Shown here: one piece after another, positions 12,601-24,600 of the stretch
Layout: every line of letters starts with the position of its first letter
How positions within the stretch are numbered: the first letter of the stretch is position 1
Assembly (NCBI GenBank): GCA_013239625.1
Contig: MU053934.1
Location: 4,792,399-4,856,398 of the forward strand
Length of the DNA stretch: 64,000 nucleotides
Direction: 5' to 3'
From: Lama guanicoe
Lineage: Eukaryota
Notes under the pieces: model-generated
Database searches by the model: none
What the model saw: only the letters and a program-made list of their open reading frames with translations
What the model was told of the DNA's origin: nothing
Program-made: the position numbers and the translations under genes

Positions 12601-15600
12601 CCTGTGTCTGTAAGATTTGTGCAAGTTGTTGCGTGGGTCACTATTTTCTTCTGTTTCATTGCAGCGAGGATTCGGCCAAGTGAATATACCGCTGTGTGTG
12701 TTTCCACGCTGCCGTTGATTTGGGTGGTTTCTGGTTCTTTGGCTCCATGACTCATGAATATCCTTGTACATGTCTTTGAGTGGATATGGCCATGCTTTCT
12801 TTTGGGTAAATTCCCAGGATTGGAATCGCTGGGTTAAGGAAGTGGATATGTTTGTTAGCTCCACTAGATTTTTGCCAAATGTTTTCCCCAGATGGTTGCA
12901 CTAAATGTCCACCAGCAAAGTCCGAGAGAGTTCCAGTCGCCTCACATCCTTAGCAACTTTTGGAATTGTCAGCTCTTTAATTTTCACCACTCTTGGGAGA
13001 GTGCAGTGGTACCTTACTGTAGTTTTCATTTGAATTTCCCTGATGAGTAGTGATGTTTTTCAGCCATTGGTATATCCTCTGGTGAAGTGTCTGTATAGTC
13101 TCTTGCCATTTAAAAATTGGATTGCCTTTCTATTATAAATTTGTAGCAGTTCTATATATATATATTGCAGATACTTTATTCCAGTCTGAATTTTCCATTT
13201 TCACTCTCTTAATGGAGTCATTTAATGAACAGAAGCTCTTGGTTGCAATAAAGTCTAGATTATTAGTCATTTTCTTAGCATTGCTTTTTGTATCCAGTTT
13301 AAACAATCTTTTCCTAACTCAAGGTCATGAAAATATCCTCCAGTGTTTTCTTTTCGAAGCTTTCTTGTTTTTGTCATTCACATTTAAGTCTATATTCCAT
13401 TTCAAATAATTTTTAGAATGGCCCGTGGTTGGGGTCAAGACTCATTTTTCATGCAGATATTCAGTTATCCCAGCACTGTTGACGGAGAAGTCCATCCTTT
13501 CTCCACGGGGTTGCAGGAGTCCCTGTGTTACCGCCAGGTGACCGTATGTGTTTGGGTTGATGTCTACATGTTACTTGATGATGAATGTTGCCAAATTGCC
13601 CTCTGAAAAGGTTGTATCAGTTTACTCTCCCACCAACAGCGTATGAGCACGAGCGTGTCTGCACGCACCCTTCCCTGCACTCAGCATTATCGAGACTGAA
13701 ATGGTTGCATTTGGATGCACGTAGAAGAGCTCCTGTCATTGTGTTTTCCTGTTATTAGTGAGGGAGCCTCTCTTCCTATATATTGGTCATTTTGATTTCT
13801 TCTGTGAATTTTCTCTTTTCCTTTGTCCTTTTCCCTCCTAGTGTGTTATTTTTCTTTTTCTTATTGAGTTATAGGAATTTGAATATGCTTTAGATGGTGA
13901 TCTTTTATCTGGTTTGTATGATGCAAACATGGTATGCTGGGGAATACTGGCAAACTCTGGCCTGTTTTTGTAAATAAAGTTTTATTGGCACAGAGCCATG
14001 CCCTCCTGTTTACCTGTTTCCTATGACTGTTTTCATGTTACAGTGTCGGAGTGTGTGATTGGGAACAGACCATGTGGTCTGCAAAACAATACTTACTATT
14101 CGGCCCTTTACGGAAAAAGTTTCCCTGCCTCCACTTTACCCCAATTTGTTGTCTGTCTTTTTACTTTGTCTGCTAACTTTTGTCTCGCAGAAATTTTACT
14201 TGGTGTGTAATCAATCTTGTTAACCTTTTTCTTTATAGATTTTGGATTTTATGTGTCTCATACAAGAAGGCCTTACTTATCCCCAATTAACAGAAATATT
14301 TCATATTTTCTTGTAATGTTTGTGTGGTTATTTTTGTTGCCTTTATGCTTTTAAATCCACTAGGAGTCTATTATTTTAAATTTTATAGTATATTTTACTT
14401 CACCTGATATATCCAAAATGTTATTTTTTTCAGTGTGCAATCAATATAAACAATTAATGATGGGATAATAGACATTCTTTGTTTCTTTTGATACCATGTC
14501 TTCAAGAGGTTTATTTTTGTATATGGTATCATGTGGAAATCTAACTTTATTATTTTCCAAATGGATAGCCAATGTCTTAACATCATTTATTGACTAGTCC
14601 TTTCATTCTTCACGGATCTGAAGAGGCGTCTCTATAACTTACTAAATTCTCTTTTATACATGGGCATCCCTGTGCTCTGCGGTGTTCCACAAATCTCTCT
14701 GTTCCCGTTGTGATACCACACTGGATTAATAATCAGCACTGAAGAGTATTTTGCTCTCTTGTGGGGCTGCACTCCATTCATCTTTCTTATTTAAAAAAAA
14801 TTGTCTTGACTATTCTTCCATTCAGATAACTCCTAGAACCATCTGGCCAAGTTCCACAGACAGAAACATGTTGGGATTCTGGTTGGGACTGCAGTGAATC
14901 ACAGATTAGCCCTATATGATGGGCAGGCAGGGTCTGCCATCTCTCTTTACAGATGAAGAAACTGAGATCCAGAGAAGGAAAGTGACCAGCCCAGGGTCAC
15001 ATAGATGGGAGAGGGTGGGCCAGGAAGAGGATCGTATCTTCACCTGTATCAGTAAGATTCAGCATTGTGTATTGAGCACCTACTCTGCACCGACCAAACG
15101 GTGTGTGGGTGCTAGGGTGCTCAGACCCAGTCTTTGCCCTGAAAGAGCTCCAGCCTCCCAGGGGAGTTGGGTGCAGGAGTAATAATGGAGGTGTGTGCAG
15201 GCTACAGTGTTTCCTGAGCAGGGGGACCCTGGAACTGCCCACAGTGGGTCAGTGGGTGTTTTGGGGACCATGGCAGAGGTGGGAAGGGTGTCCCAGGCAA
15301 GGGGAACAGCATGTGCAAAGGCCTGGAAGCAGTGACAGCCTGTTGGGCCAGTTCTGCCATGCTGCATGGTGGTGACCGCCCCCTTCTCCTCTATCCCCAC
15401 CCTCACCTATGGACAGACAAGGGGATGTGGCCCTGCCCCCCTACTACCAGCCAGAGGAGGACGACGAGATGCCCTTCATCTGCTCCCTGTCGGGGGACAA
15501 TGGCATCATGGGTTGCCACGAGATCCCCCCGCTTAAGGAGCAGGGCCGTGAGTGCTGCCTGTCCAAGGACGATGTCTATGACTTCGGGGCGGGGCGCCAG

Positions 15601-18600
15601 GACCTCAACGCCAGCGGGCTCTGCGTCAACTGGAACCGCTACTACAATGTGTGCCGCACAGGCAGCGCCAACCCCCACAAGGGCGCCATCAACTTTGACA
15701 ACATCGGCTATGCCTGGATCGTCATTTTCCAGGTGAGGCCCTCTGGGCTGGGGCTGGGGGAGGGGAAGGTAGGTGAGCAGCCTCGCCCAGCAGGCGGGGC
15801 TCTGTGCTGCGCGTTTGCAGCCTGGCTCACTGATGTCTGCCCAACGTGCCCGTTGACAGACAGCAACTGAGGTTCGAGGAAATGGCTGTAAGCCCTCAGG
15901 TTTATTGCTTCATGTCTCTGTGCCTCCGTTTTCTTATCTCTAAAATGAGAACGATAAGTTTCCCCTACCTTGAGTGGCTGAGAAGAATAAACCAGATGAT
16001 GTGAGCAGAGCCCAATGTGCAGTGAGTGTTCAGTCAAGGTTACCTTCCTGCTGTCGTCAGAAGAAGAGAGGGGACAGGTACACAGGGTGGTGGCTGAGAG
16101 GCCCCTGGGGGGACGGCAGGGCCTTGCTGAGATGGCTGCTCTGTGTACTTTGCTCTGGGGAGTGGCAGGACCACTGAATTCAGAGCTGCAGGCGTGATGT
16201 GATCACAGCCTGGCGGCTACGGTTTGGGACCCTCTGGCGCCCAGAGGGTGGTAGGCTGTGCATTTGCCAGACATGAATAAGACCATGGTGCTGGGGAAGA
16301 CCCAGTGTCCATCTTGCCCAAGGCTGCTCTGTGTCCCTCTCTGGAAAAATGTGTGGGGGACAGAGTCAAACCAGCCTCGTCACAGCCACACTCCCAGGCT
16401 CAGCTGAGCTGCACTCCAGCCCTACCAGGTGGGCTCCGTTAATCGCACACACTGAAGAAGCAGCTGAGGCTCAGAGTGGCCTGGGGGCGAGCTGGACCTG
16501 CAGCGTGGGGCCCCTTGCTTCCAGCCCTCCTGCCGTGGTGTGGTAGACTGGAATTCGGGTGGGCTCTGGAGTGAGAGAGACCAAGTTAAGTCACCAGTCC
16601 ACTCCTTCCTGGCTGTGTGACATTGGGCAAGTGCCCTAACCTCTCTGAACTTCAGTTACCTCACCTGTATAATTGGGGATGAGGATGGCTGCCCGGTGGA
16701 GCCCTTGTGAGCTTGATAGGGACGTTTGTAGGTGCCCCGGCACACAGTGGAACCTCTGTCTGGGGCACTTCCTTTGCTGCCTGCCTTTCGGGAGGGTCAG
16801 CTGTCTAAGGCAATCTCTCCTCCTCTGCTGTGTCCTGGCTGCAGGTGATTACTCTGGAAGGCTGGGTGGAGATCATGTACTATGTGATGGATGCTCACTC
16901 CTTCTACAACTTCATCTATTTTATCCTGCTTATCATAGTAAGTGTCAGGGAGGCTGGGGCTCTCCGGGCAAGCTCAAGGACGCATGACCAGTGGACCAGA
17001 GTTGGGGGAGGGTCTTTGGAAGTCCCCAGGGTGCCCCTCAGAGCCAGGAGAGCTGAGTGGGAGACAGCTGGAGGGGCGATTTTTAAATGCAGCCGAGCCG
17101 TGGGTGATTGAAGAAGCTCGTCGGGGGTGGCTGCTGGAGGCATCCATCACTTCTGATTGCCTTCGTTTCTCATTTCTGGGCATTTAAGTCCGCGCGCTGC
17201 TCCTGCTTGTGTTTCTCTGCCTCGTTGTCTCTGGGAATACATGCTTTTATGACCCTAGCAGGGATGCAGCCCCAGGATGAAAGCTTCTCAAGGGCTTCAG
17301 CTTCTTCCTTTTTCCCTGGGTTGGGAAGATGAGATGCTGTGAAACGGAAGCCCGCGGCTGGTTGTGAGCTGGTGGTGCTCCCTGAAATTCTCGGAGGGAC
17401 TCGCATATCTTGAGCAGCTCTGCTTTGTAGGGGAGACCTGGAGATGAAGGGGGGCTCTCTCGGCCCCACAGAGAGGGCCCCCTTCCTGGCCCGCCCCTCC
17501 CACCACCACCCCCAGTCTCCCCAGAGCCATCTCATCCACCTTGTCATGCCTGACTGCAGCTTCAGCCACAGTACAGTCCCCAAATGTCAAGGTGATTCAC
17601 TCCTAGGCGAGTCGCTGCTGGCTCCCTGCTGCTGCAAGGCCGGATTCTCCGGCTTCCTGGTGGTGGGAGAGAGGGCACGCTTGGCACGCTTGGCCCTCTG
17701 GGGCAGCACCCTATCCTGGGCTGGTGGGACTTTGACCTAGGGGTTCAGGACAAGCTAACCTGAGACACACCTGCTGTTGGCTTAGCTTCGATGCCTCCCT
17801 GGAGATCCTGGGGCCTTGGACCCATAAGGAGACACCCCAGATCAAGGGGGAGGGGCCCAGGCTTTGTTCGGCATTGCCATCCATCCCCTGGTTTAGTCAT
17901 TCCCCAGCACATTCAGGACAGCCTGCACTGCATCCAGCCCTGAGCCGAGGGCTGGGTACTGAGCAGTGAGTCAGGACGGCCAGTTCTGCCCTCCAGGAGC
18001 TCACAGTCTCGTAGGGGAAGATGGGCTACAGCAGACAGGAGCCAGACAGCGTCTTAGGTGCCATGAGAGAAGGAAGCCCAAAGGAGGCCTCTAACCCAGC
18101 TTGGAGAGGGGTGGGGGAAGTAAGGCTTCCTGGAGGAGGTGATGCCAGAATTGAGCCTTAAAGACTGGAGTTGGGGGTTGAGGGAGGGAGCCAGAAGAGT
18201 GTCCTGGGCAGGGGGCGCCTGCAGAGAACCTGAAGCCAGACAGAACCCTGCAGTGGGGGGACTGTCAACCACTGGGGTTGCTGGAGGAGCCCGGAATTCC
18301 AGAGAGAGGCTGGAGGATGCTTCATCTGCTTCTCCTGAGGGACTTAGGGGTGGGAGTCTGAGGGTGGTAACTCCCAGTGCGACCCTGGGCGGTCCCTTAG
18401 CTCCCCGAGCTCATCTCGGAGCCGGGAACAGGGATGGCACCTGGCTCACAGGCCCTGGGGAGAGTTAGAGGAGATGGAGCCTGCAGCCTGCACAGACCCT
18501 GGCACACAGTAAGTGCTCAGTAAATGTGCCCTGCTGCTATCATTGCTGTGATGATTGGGCCCTGGGTGGCCCTGTCCCAGGAGAAGGCATGCTGGTGGGA

Positions 18601-21600
18601 TGCTGAGCACGCTGAGTTTTCCAGGTGCTGGGAGGGATCCAGACAGCAGAGCCTGAGCCACCATGCTGTCATCCTATCCTCACAACCCTGGCCATGCAGG
18701 TCACCTGTCTGTTCCTCAGAGCCCCAGAGGGGTGAAATTCCTGGCGGGGGCCACACAGTGGGTGAGGGGTCCTTGGCCCTCAGAACCGAGGTCCCTAGTG
18801 CTCCTGATTGGGAAAGCCCTAAGCTCATTTTGCCCAAGCCTTCTGTTTTACAGATGCTGAAGTGGAGGTCCAGAGGGGATGGGGAGCTGCCTGGTTACCC
18901 CGGGGACAGCAGCTGCAGAGGCAGGTGTGAGCTCCCAGAGGGCAGGGTCTGTGCCCCTCACCCAGGCCCGAAGAGCGGGTCTCCAGGAAATGCTTATGAA
19001 AGAAATGACAGAGAGAGCGAATGAGTGAGACATCTTCTTACTTTAGAGGCAAGGGATTTTCCCAGAGTCCTCTGGGCAGGGAAGCTCCCCAGCTGCTATA
19101 CTCTCTCCCTCCTGAACCCCAGCACCCCAGCCATGGTGGGGTGGGGAGGGAAAGGAAGGCAGATCAGCAACTGGGGCTGTAGCCTGCAGAAACCTCCTGG
19201 CGGGCAGCCTGGAGGAGGGTGAGCCACCACCAGCCCCTCTCCCTGGCAGGCAGCTAAGTCTGTTCAAAGGTTTAGCACATCTCTGGGAGGAGCCTGCCCT
19301 CTGGCAGCTGGGGCAGGAAGGGTTCTTTTGCCTGTGGTGCCCCCTGGAGCTGGGCCCTGGGGCTTGAGGTGGTGAGAGTCCTAGCACCAACTGGGTAGCC
19401 TCTCCCCACCAGCCATCCAAGCACAGACAAAGCCACACAACGAAACCCTTTCTAGGGAAGCTTCTCTTTCTTGTCTGGAGGCCCACCTGGGGCCAAGGTC
19501 AAGGCTGTAGAGAGGGCAGGGCTGGGGTGGGACTCAGGGCCTGGATAACCCGGGAGGGGCTCTGCCTCCCTCTCTGGCCTCAGCGCTAAGGGCCTAGGGG
19601 CCTGAGGGGAGTGGGCTGGGAAACAGGCTCCACAGGGGAGCTGGGGAGCTGCCTGGGCCACGCTGTCCTGGGGCCCTGGCCTCCTCCCGGAGCAAGGCCT
19701 CCTCCTGGAGCCAGGCCTCAGCCATCTTTTCCTGTCCCTGTCTGTGCCTGTGCCTCTCCGTCTCTCTGGGCCCTCCCCTTCCCCTCTTCCTCCTCTCCCT
19801 GTCTCCACCTGCCCCCTGTCACTTTGTGTCTCCCCCACCCTCTGTGTCTGTCTCCCTCTCCCTTGGTGTCTCTCCTTGCCCTGGTCTCTCTGCACCCTGG
19901 CTGCTTCTCCCTGTCTGCGCTCTGCTCTGTCCTTTCCTTGTTCTGTGTTCCGGATCTGTCCCTGCCCCTCCTCTTGTCTTCCTTTCTGCCTCTGTATCCC
20001 TCTGTTTCTCCGTCTCCATCACCGTCTCCCCGCCTCACTTTCTCCATTTCTCCGCCTCTCTTTCCCACCCTCCGGCTCCCTGCCTCCACCATCCCCTCTG
20101 TCCCTGTCCCTGTCCTCTCCTCCTGTTGGTCACAGGTGGGCTCCTTCTTCATGATCAACCTGTGCCTCGTTGTCATAGCGACCCAGTTCTCGGAGACCAA
20201 GCAGCGGGAGCACCGGCTGATGCTGGAGCAGCGGCAGCGTTACCTGTCTTCCAGCACCGTGGCCAGCTACGCCGAGCCTGGCGACTGCTACGAGGAGATC
20301 TTCCAGTACGTCTGCCACATCCTGCGCAAGGCCAAGCGCCGGGCCCTGGGCCTCTACCAGGCCCTGCAGAGCCGGCGCCAGGCCCCGGACCCGGGGACAC
20401 CCAGCTCCGCCAAGCCCGGGCCCCACGCCAAGGAGCCCAGGCACTACAGTAAGTGGCCCTGGCCTCCCGAGTGCCCCACGCAGACCTTGTGTGCCTCCAA
20501 CTGGGGACTCAGAAGTGGCACCATTTGCAAACATGTCCTATCTCTCCAGCACAAGCAGAGGTGTCCAGCAAGTTCAGAACCCACATCTTCCCCTGGGAGC
20601 TCCAGTCCACACCCCTTGGTTCCCTGTCCCCTTTCCCGACCACCTGCCAGCACCAGGCCTGGGCTAGCCCTGGGCCTGGGGGACTCAGCCCCACCCTGGA
20701 GGGATTCTCTTCCAATCCAGTGTGCGCACACCGACTCAGGCTCCGCCCTAGGATCCACACTTGAAAGAAATTCTCAGTCTTCTGAAGATATAAAGTCCCT
20801 CTGCCACTAAAGCCTGCCCCCTCCCCCTTCCCCCGAGGGTCCCTGCTTGCTAGCACACCTGAGCCGTGATGCTGGGTCACCTGGAATAAAGGGGCCATGG
20901 CCAGCCTTGCAGAGACAGGGCGTGTTGGGGACACGTGCCACTCTATAATCTGCTCCTGCCTTGGGGCCATTTCTCCTGCTTGACTGTAGACAGTTCCAGA
21001 GAGTTAACAGTTTAGGCTTAAAGAAGATTTTCCATTCGTTTTCTCCTCTGTTCTAGAAAACAGTCCTGAGAAGGGAACAGAGTGAGTAATATTATCCCCA
21101 GTGTTCAGATGGGAAGACTAAAGTCCAGAGAGATGAAGGGAGTCACTTGAGGTCACATAGTGTGTCAGTGACAAAAGCTCAGCATTGGGGATGCCAGAGG
21201 TACACTCTCTGCTGGGCCCACCTCCGGGGGAAGTGAACCTCTCTGGTGGGAGGAGGCAAAGGCACCACAGGAGGTGGGCCCCACCCCAGGCCCAGTCCTG
21301 CCCCCAGTTGGTGCCAGTGAGGAGGTCAGCAGGCATCAGGACTACCCTAGAGCAGGCGCAGGTGTGACGGTGGGCAGCCCGGCCCCTCTGCCGGCCTCCA
21401 GCTCCCTGCCATGGAGTGAGGACGAGGCGGTGCGCTGTGGGAGTCAGCCGCCCCCAGCCCCGGCACTTGCAGCTCTCACATTCTGGGAATCAGATTCTTG
21501 AGAGGCAAGCTGGAGAATTCCTCCTCAGAGCTGCCGCCCACCCGTCCCTGGGCGCCAGCCGTCCAGGCACGGTGCTGGAGGAGGCTCCAGGTGGCCCGTG

Positions 21601-24600
21601 GGCTGGCCCAGCACGTGGACGGGGGAGCTGGGGTCTGGGCAAGGCTGGCACCCCGTGTTCCTGGATGACGCGGGGAAGGGTGTTTACTGCTTGTGGCTTC
21701 CTGCTGCTGCCCGCCACCCTTTCCAGGGAACCTGCATGGAGGAAAGCCCTAGACGGGCTTCTGGAGGGAGGTCATGCCCTCTTGCCCCATGGGCTCTCTG
21801 CCTCCCCCACCCCCCTTCCTTGGGAAACAGGTGTCAGAGGGCCCAGCCCCACGTATCGTTGGGCTGGCAAGGGCTTTGCTCTGACCTCTGGTGCTGAGGT
21901 GGCCCCACTCCAGGCTTCTGGCTGCCCCACCAGTCTAGAGGGCAAATGAGTCAGAGGGCCTTGTCCATGTGTTGGGAGGTATTTGGAAGCAAGTGCAGAA
22001 GTGAAGGGTAAACATTACAGGTTTTTTTCCTCTAATTTTTTTTCTTTTTTGCTACATAAGCACAACCTGTTTATTCTAGGAAAATGTAGACAAATATAAA
22101 GAAGGATCCAAGCCACCCAGAAAGAGCCTTTCTGACACCTCTTTGAAACGGTTCAGAGATCATAGAACTTGAGTCCAAGACCCGCCCAGCTCCTCACACT
22201 CCCAGGGCGGCAGAGGGGATGAGAGCTCCGGCCCCTCGCACTGTGTTGGGCCCTCCTGCCCGCTCCCCAGGGCCTGGACAGGGGGAAGTGGGAGGGGTGC
22301 ATCCAGAGCCCCTGCCCAGGGCTCCTGCCTCCTTCCTCCCGGATGCAAGAAGCCCCCGACACAGGCAGGAGAACTGAGGAAGGCCACAGCCACCTTGGCC
22401 TCTTCTGAGGGGTGTCTGCCCGCTCTGCTGGGCTTTCAGAAGCTCCTCGTCAGCCGCTTTTTCCAAACTCCAAGATGTCATGAATCAGGACCGTGGGGAG
22501 GGGCTGGGGTTCCTGGAGGGTCTTTCAGTGACTAACATGGGGCCAAGGGCCAAGGGATGACAAAGCAGGGACCCTGTTCTGGGCTTATCATGTGTTAAGG
22601 ATAGAATCTGCCCCCACAGCCCTGCAAGATGGGTGCTCCTCGTCCCTGCGCAAAGAAAGCCCAGAAGGTGAAGCTATTTCCCCAGGAACCACATGCCTCT
22701 GGGCCTCCGGGGATGGGGTGGAGGGCTGGCAGGTTCCAGGTCACACGCAGGGTGGGCACATGCTGGGTGTGGGCGGAGGCTGCCTCCTCCGTGACACGCA
22801 AGTATGACCCAAGGCACCCACCCTGACCTCTGCTTGCTTTCAGAGCTGTGCCCCCAACACAGCCCCCTGGACCCGACGCCCCACGCGCTGGTGCAGCCCA
22901 TCTCTGCCATGCTGGCCTCGGACCCTGCCAGCTGCCCCCGCTGCCAGCACGAGGCGGGCCGGCGGCCCTCGGGCCTGGGCAGCAGCGACTCGGGCCAGGA
23001 GGGCTCGGGCTCTGGGGGCTCGGGTGGCGGCGAGGATGAAGCTGACGGAGACGGGGCCCGGAGCAGTGAGGACGGGACCTCCTCGGACCTGGGGAAGGAG
23101 GACGAGGAGGAGCAGGCGGACGGGGCTGCCGGGCTGTGCGGAGACGTGTGGCGGGAGACGCGAGCCAAGCTGCGGGGCATCGTGGACAGCAAGTACTTCA
23201 ACCGGGGCATCATGATGGCCATCCTGGTCAACACCGTCAGCATGGGCATCGAGCACCACCAGCAGGCCAGTGGGGACGGGCACGGGGCGTGGGCTGGCAC
23301 GCAGGCGCAGGAGGGCCCTGGGCAGCCCGGGTCTGTCCAACACTCACTTTCTGTCTGTCTCCCCCCGGCCTCTGTCCCATTCATCCATGTGGCCTCAGTG
23401 CCTGGCCCAGGGCCAGCCACAGAGGAGGCCGAGCTCAGGGTGAATGAGTGACCAAGTGACTACTCAGGGTGAGAACGAGGGGTTCCAGTTCTGTTCCCTC
23501 AAAGCGTCTCAGCCTGGAAACCAAGGCACCCACAGCCCACTCCCTGCCAGTCCCTGCCAAATCCTAACTTCCATTCACCACCCCTCCACATAAGCCTGCT
23601 TGTCTCTTGTCTCCAAAACAGCTGGACTGATCTTTCCAGAGGCTGGGATCTCCCCTGCCCCCAAACCTCCACAGCCCCCATTGCCCTTGGCATGAAATGC
23701 AGACTTTTCCACTGATATTCAAGGCCTCTCGTGCTCTGCCCACAGTGTACCTGCAGCAGGTGGGGCGCCCTCCTGTCCTTGACGCACCCCCTAACTTCCC
23801 CCTCACCTCAGCCCCGAGGCTGCCCTGCAGAGGCTGTCCCCCATCTCCCTTCTTGGCCAAACCTGTGGTTGCTTCTGTCCTCAACTCTGGGTGCACGGGG
23901 TGCAGGGAAGGTGTTGGCTGAGTAGAATGGTGTGTCCCAGGCCCCCTGGGCCATCAGGGATACTGCTGGGGTTCAGAGGTGAGATGAGTTCAGAGAAAGG
24001 GTCCCCAGGGGGGGATAGCACGTGGGGGAGGGGACAGCTTCTGGGAGGTGGCAGGAGCACAGGGAAGGTGTGTACAGCAGGGAAGGAGGCTGTTGTGGGG
24101 ACACAGGATGGAGACCTGTGAGGGGTTAGCACAGATGTCCCTAGTCCATGGGTCATACCTGGGGTGACAGCTTTGACAAATCCAGCCCTGGCTTCATTTG
24201 GAATAACATCATTTTCTGGCTCCCATTGTGCCCCAGCCCTTAGGTGGGGGGCCCTCCCCTAACCTGCACTGCAGCCCTGTGAGGCTCTGCATCTGGCAGC
24301 TGGTGACCCTGAGGCCCCAGGAGGGGATATCTCCAGCCCAAGGTCTCACAGCCAGACAGGGTCAGATTTGAACCCACATCTTTGTGTGGCAAGACTGACG
24401 CCCTACAGGGTTTTGGTTTTCGACGCCCCCCTTTTGCTTCCCTGTGGCCCTCTTTCTGCAGGGCTGGCCGCCCGCTGTGCCCGGGGGTGGGCCACACTCT
24501 CATTTCCCTGTTCATCAGTTCGCCAGACACAGGCTCTATTCAATTTACTGAAATGCGGCCCCTGGGGCTGCCACCACTCTGCTCAGAGCTGCCTGTTTGC

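Larger units (their letters stand above)
11640..14910 (-). mobile_element. Cluster of old antisense L1 (L1M-type) fragments with nested DNA transposons
   Basis: AT-rich island with L1-antisense hallmarks (tcccaccaacagcgtatgag, ggattggaatcgctgggttaagg, tatccagttatcccagcac-like); boundaries approximate. Confidence 0.8.

Noticed and set aside
12095..14586. Hydrophobic short ORFs in the AT-rich island
   Set aside because: Chance frames in decayed Tigger/L1 sequence; no intact transposase or reverse transcriptase.
19611..20810. 399-aa ORF
   Set aside because: Exon 8 plus a stop-free pyrimidine tract and intron read-through; only 20136-20448 is coding.
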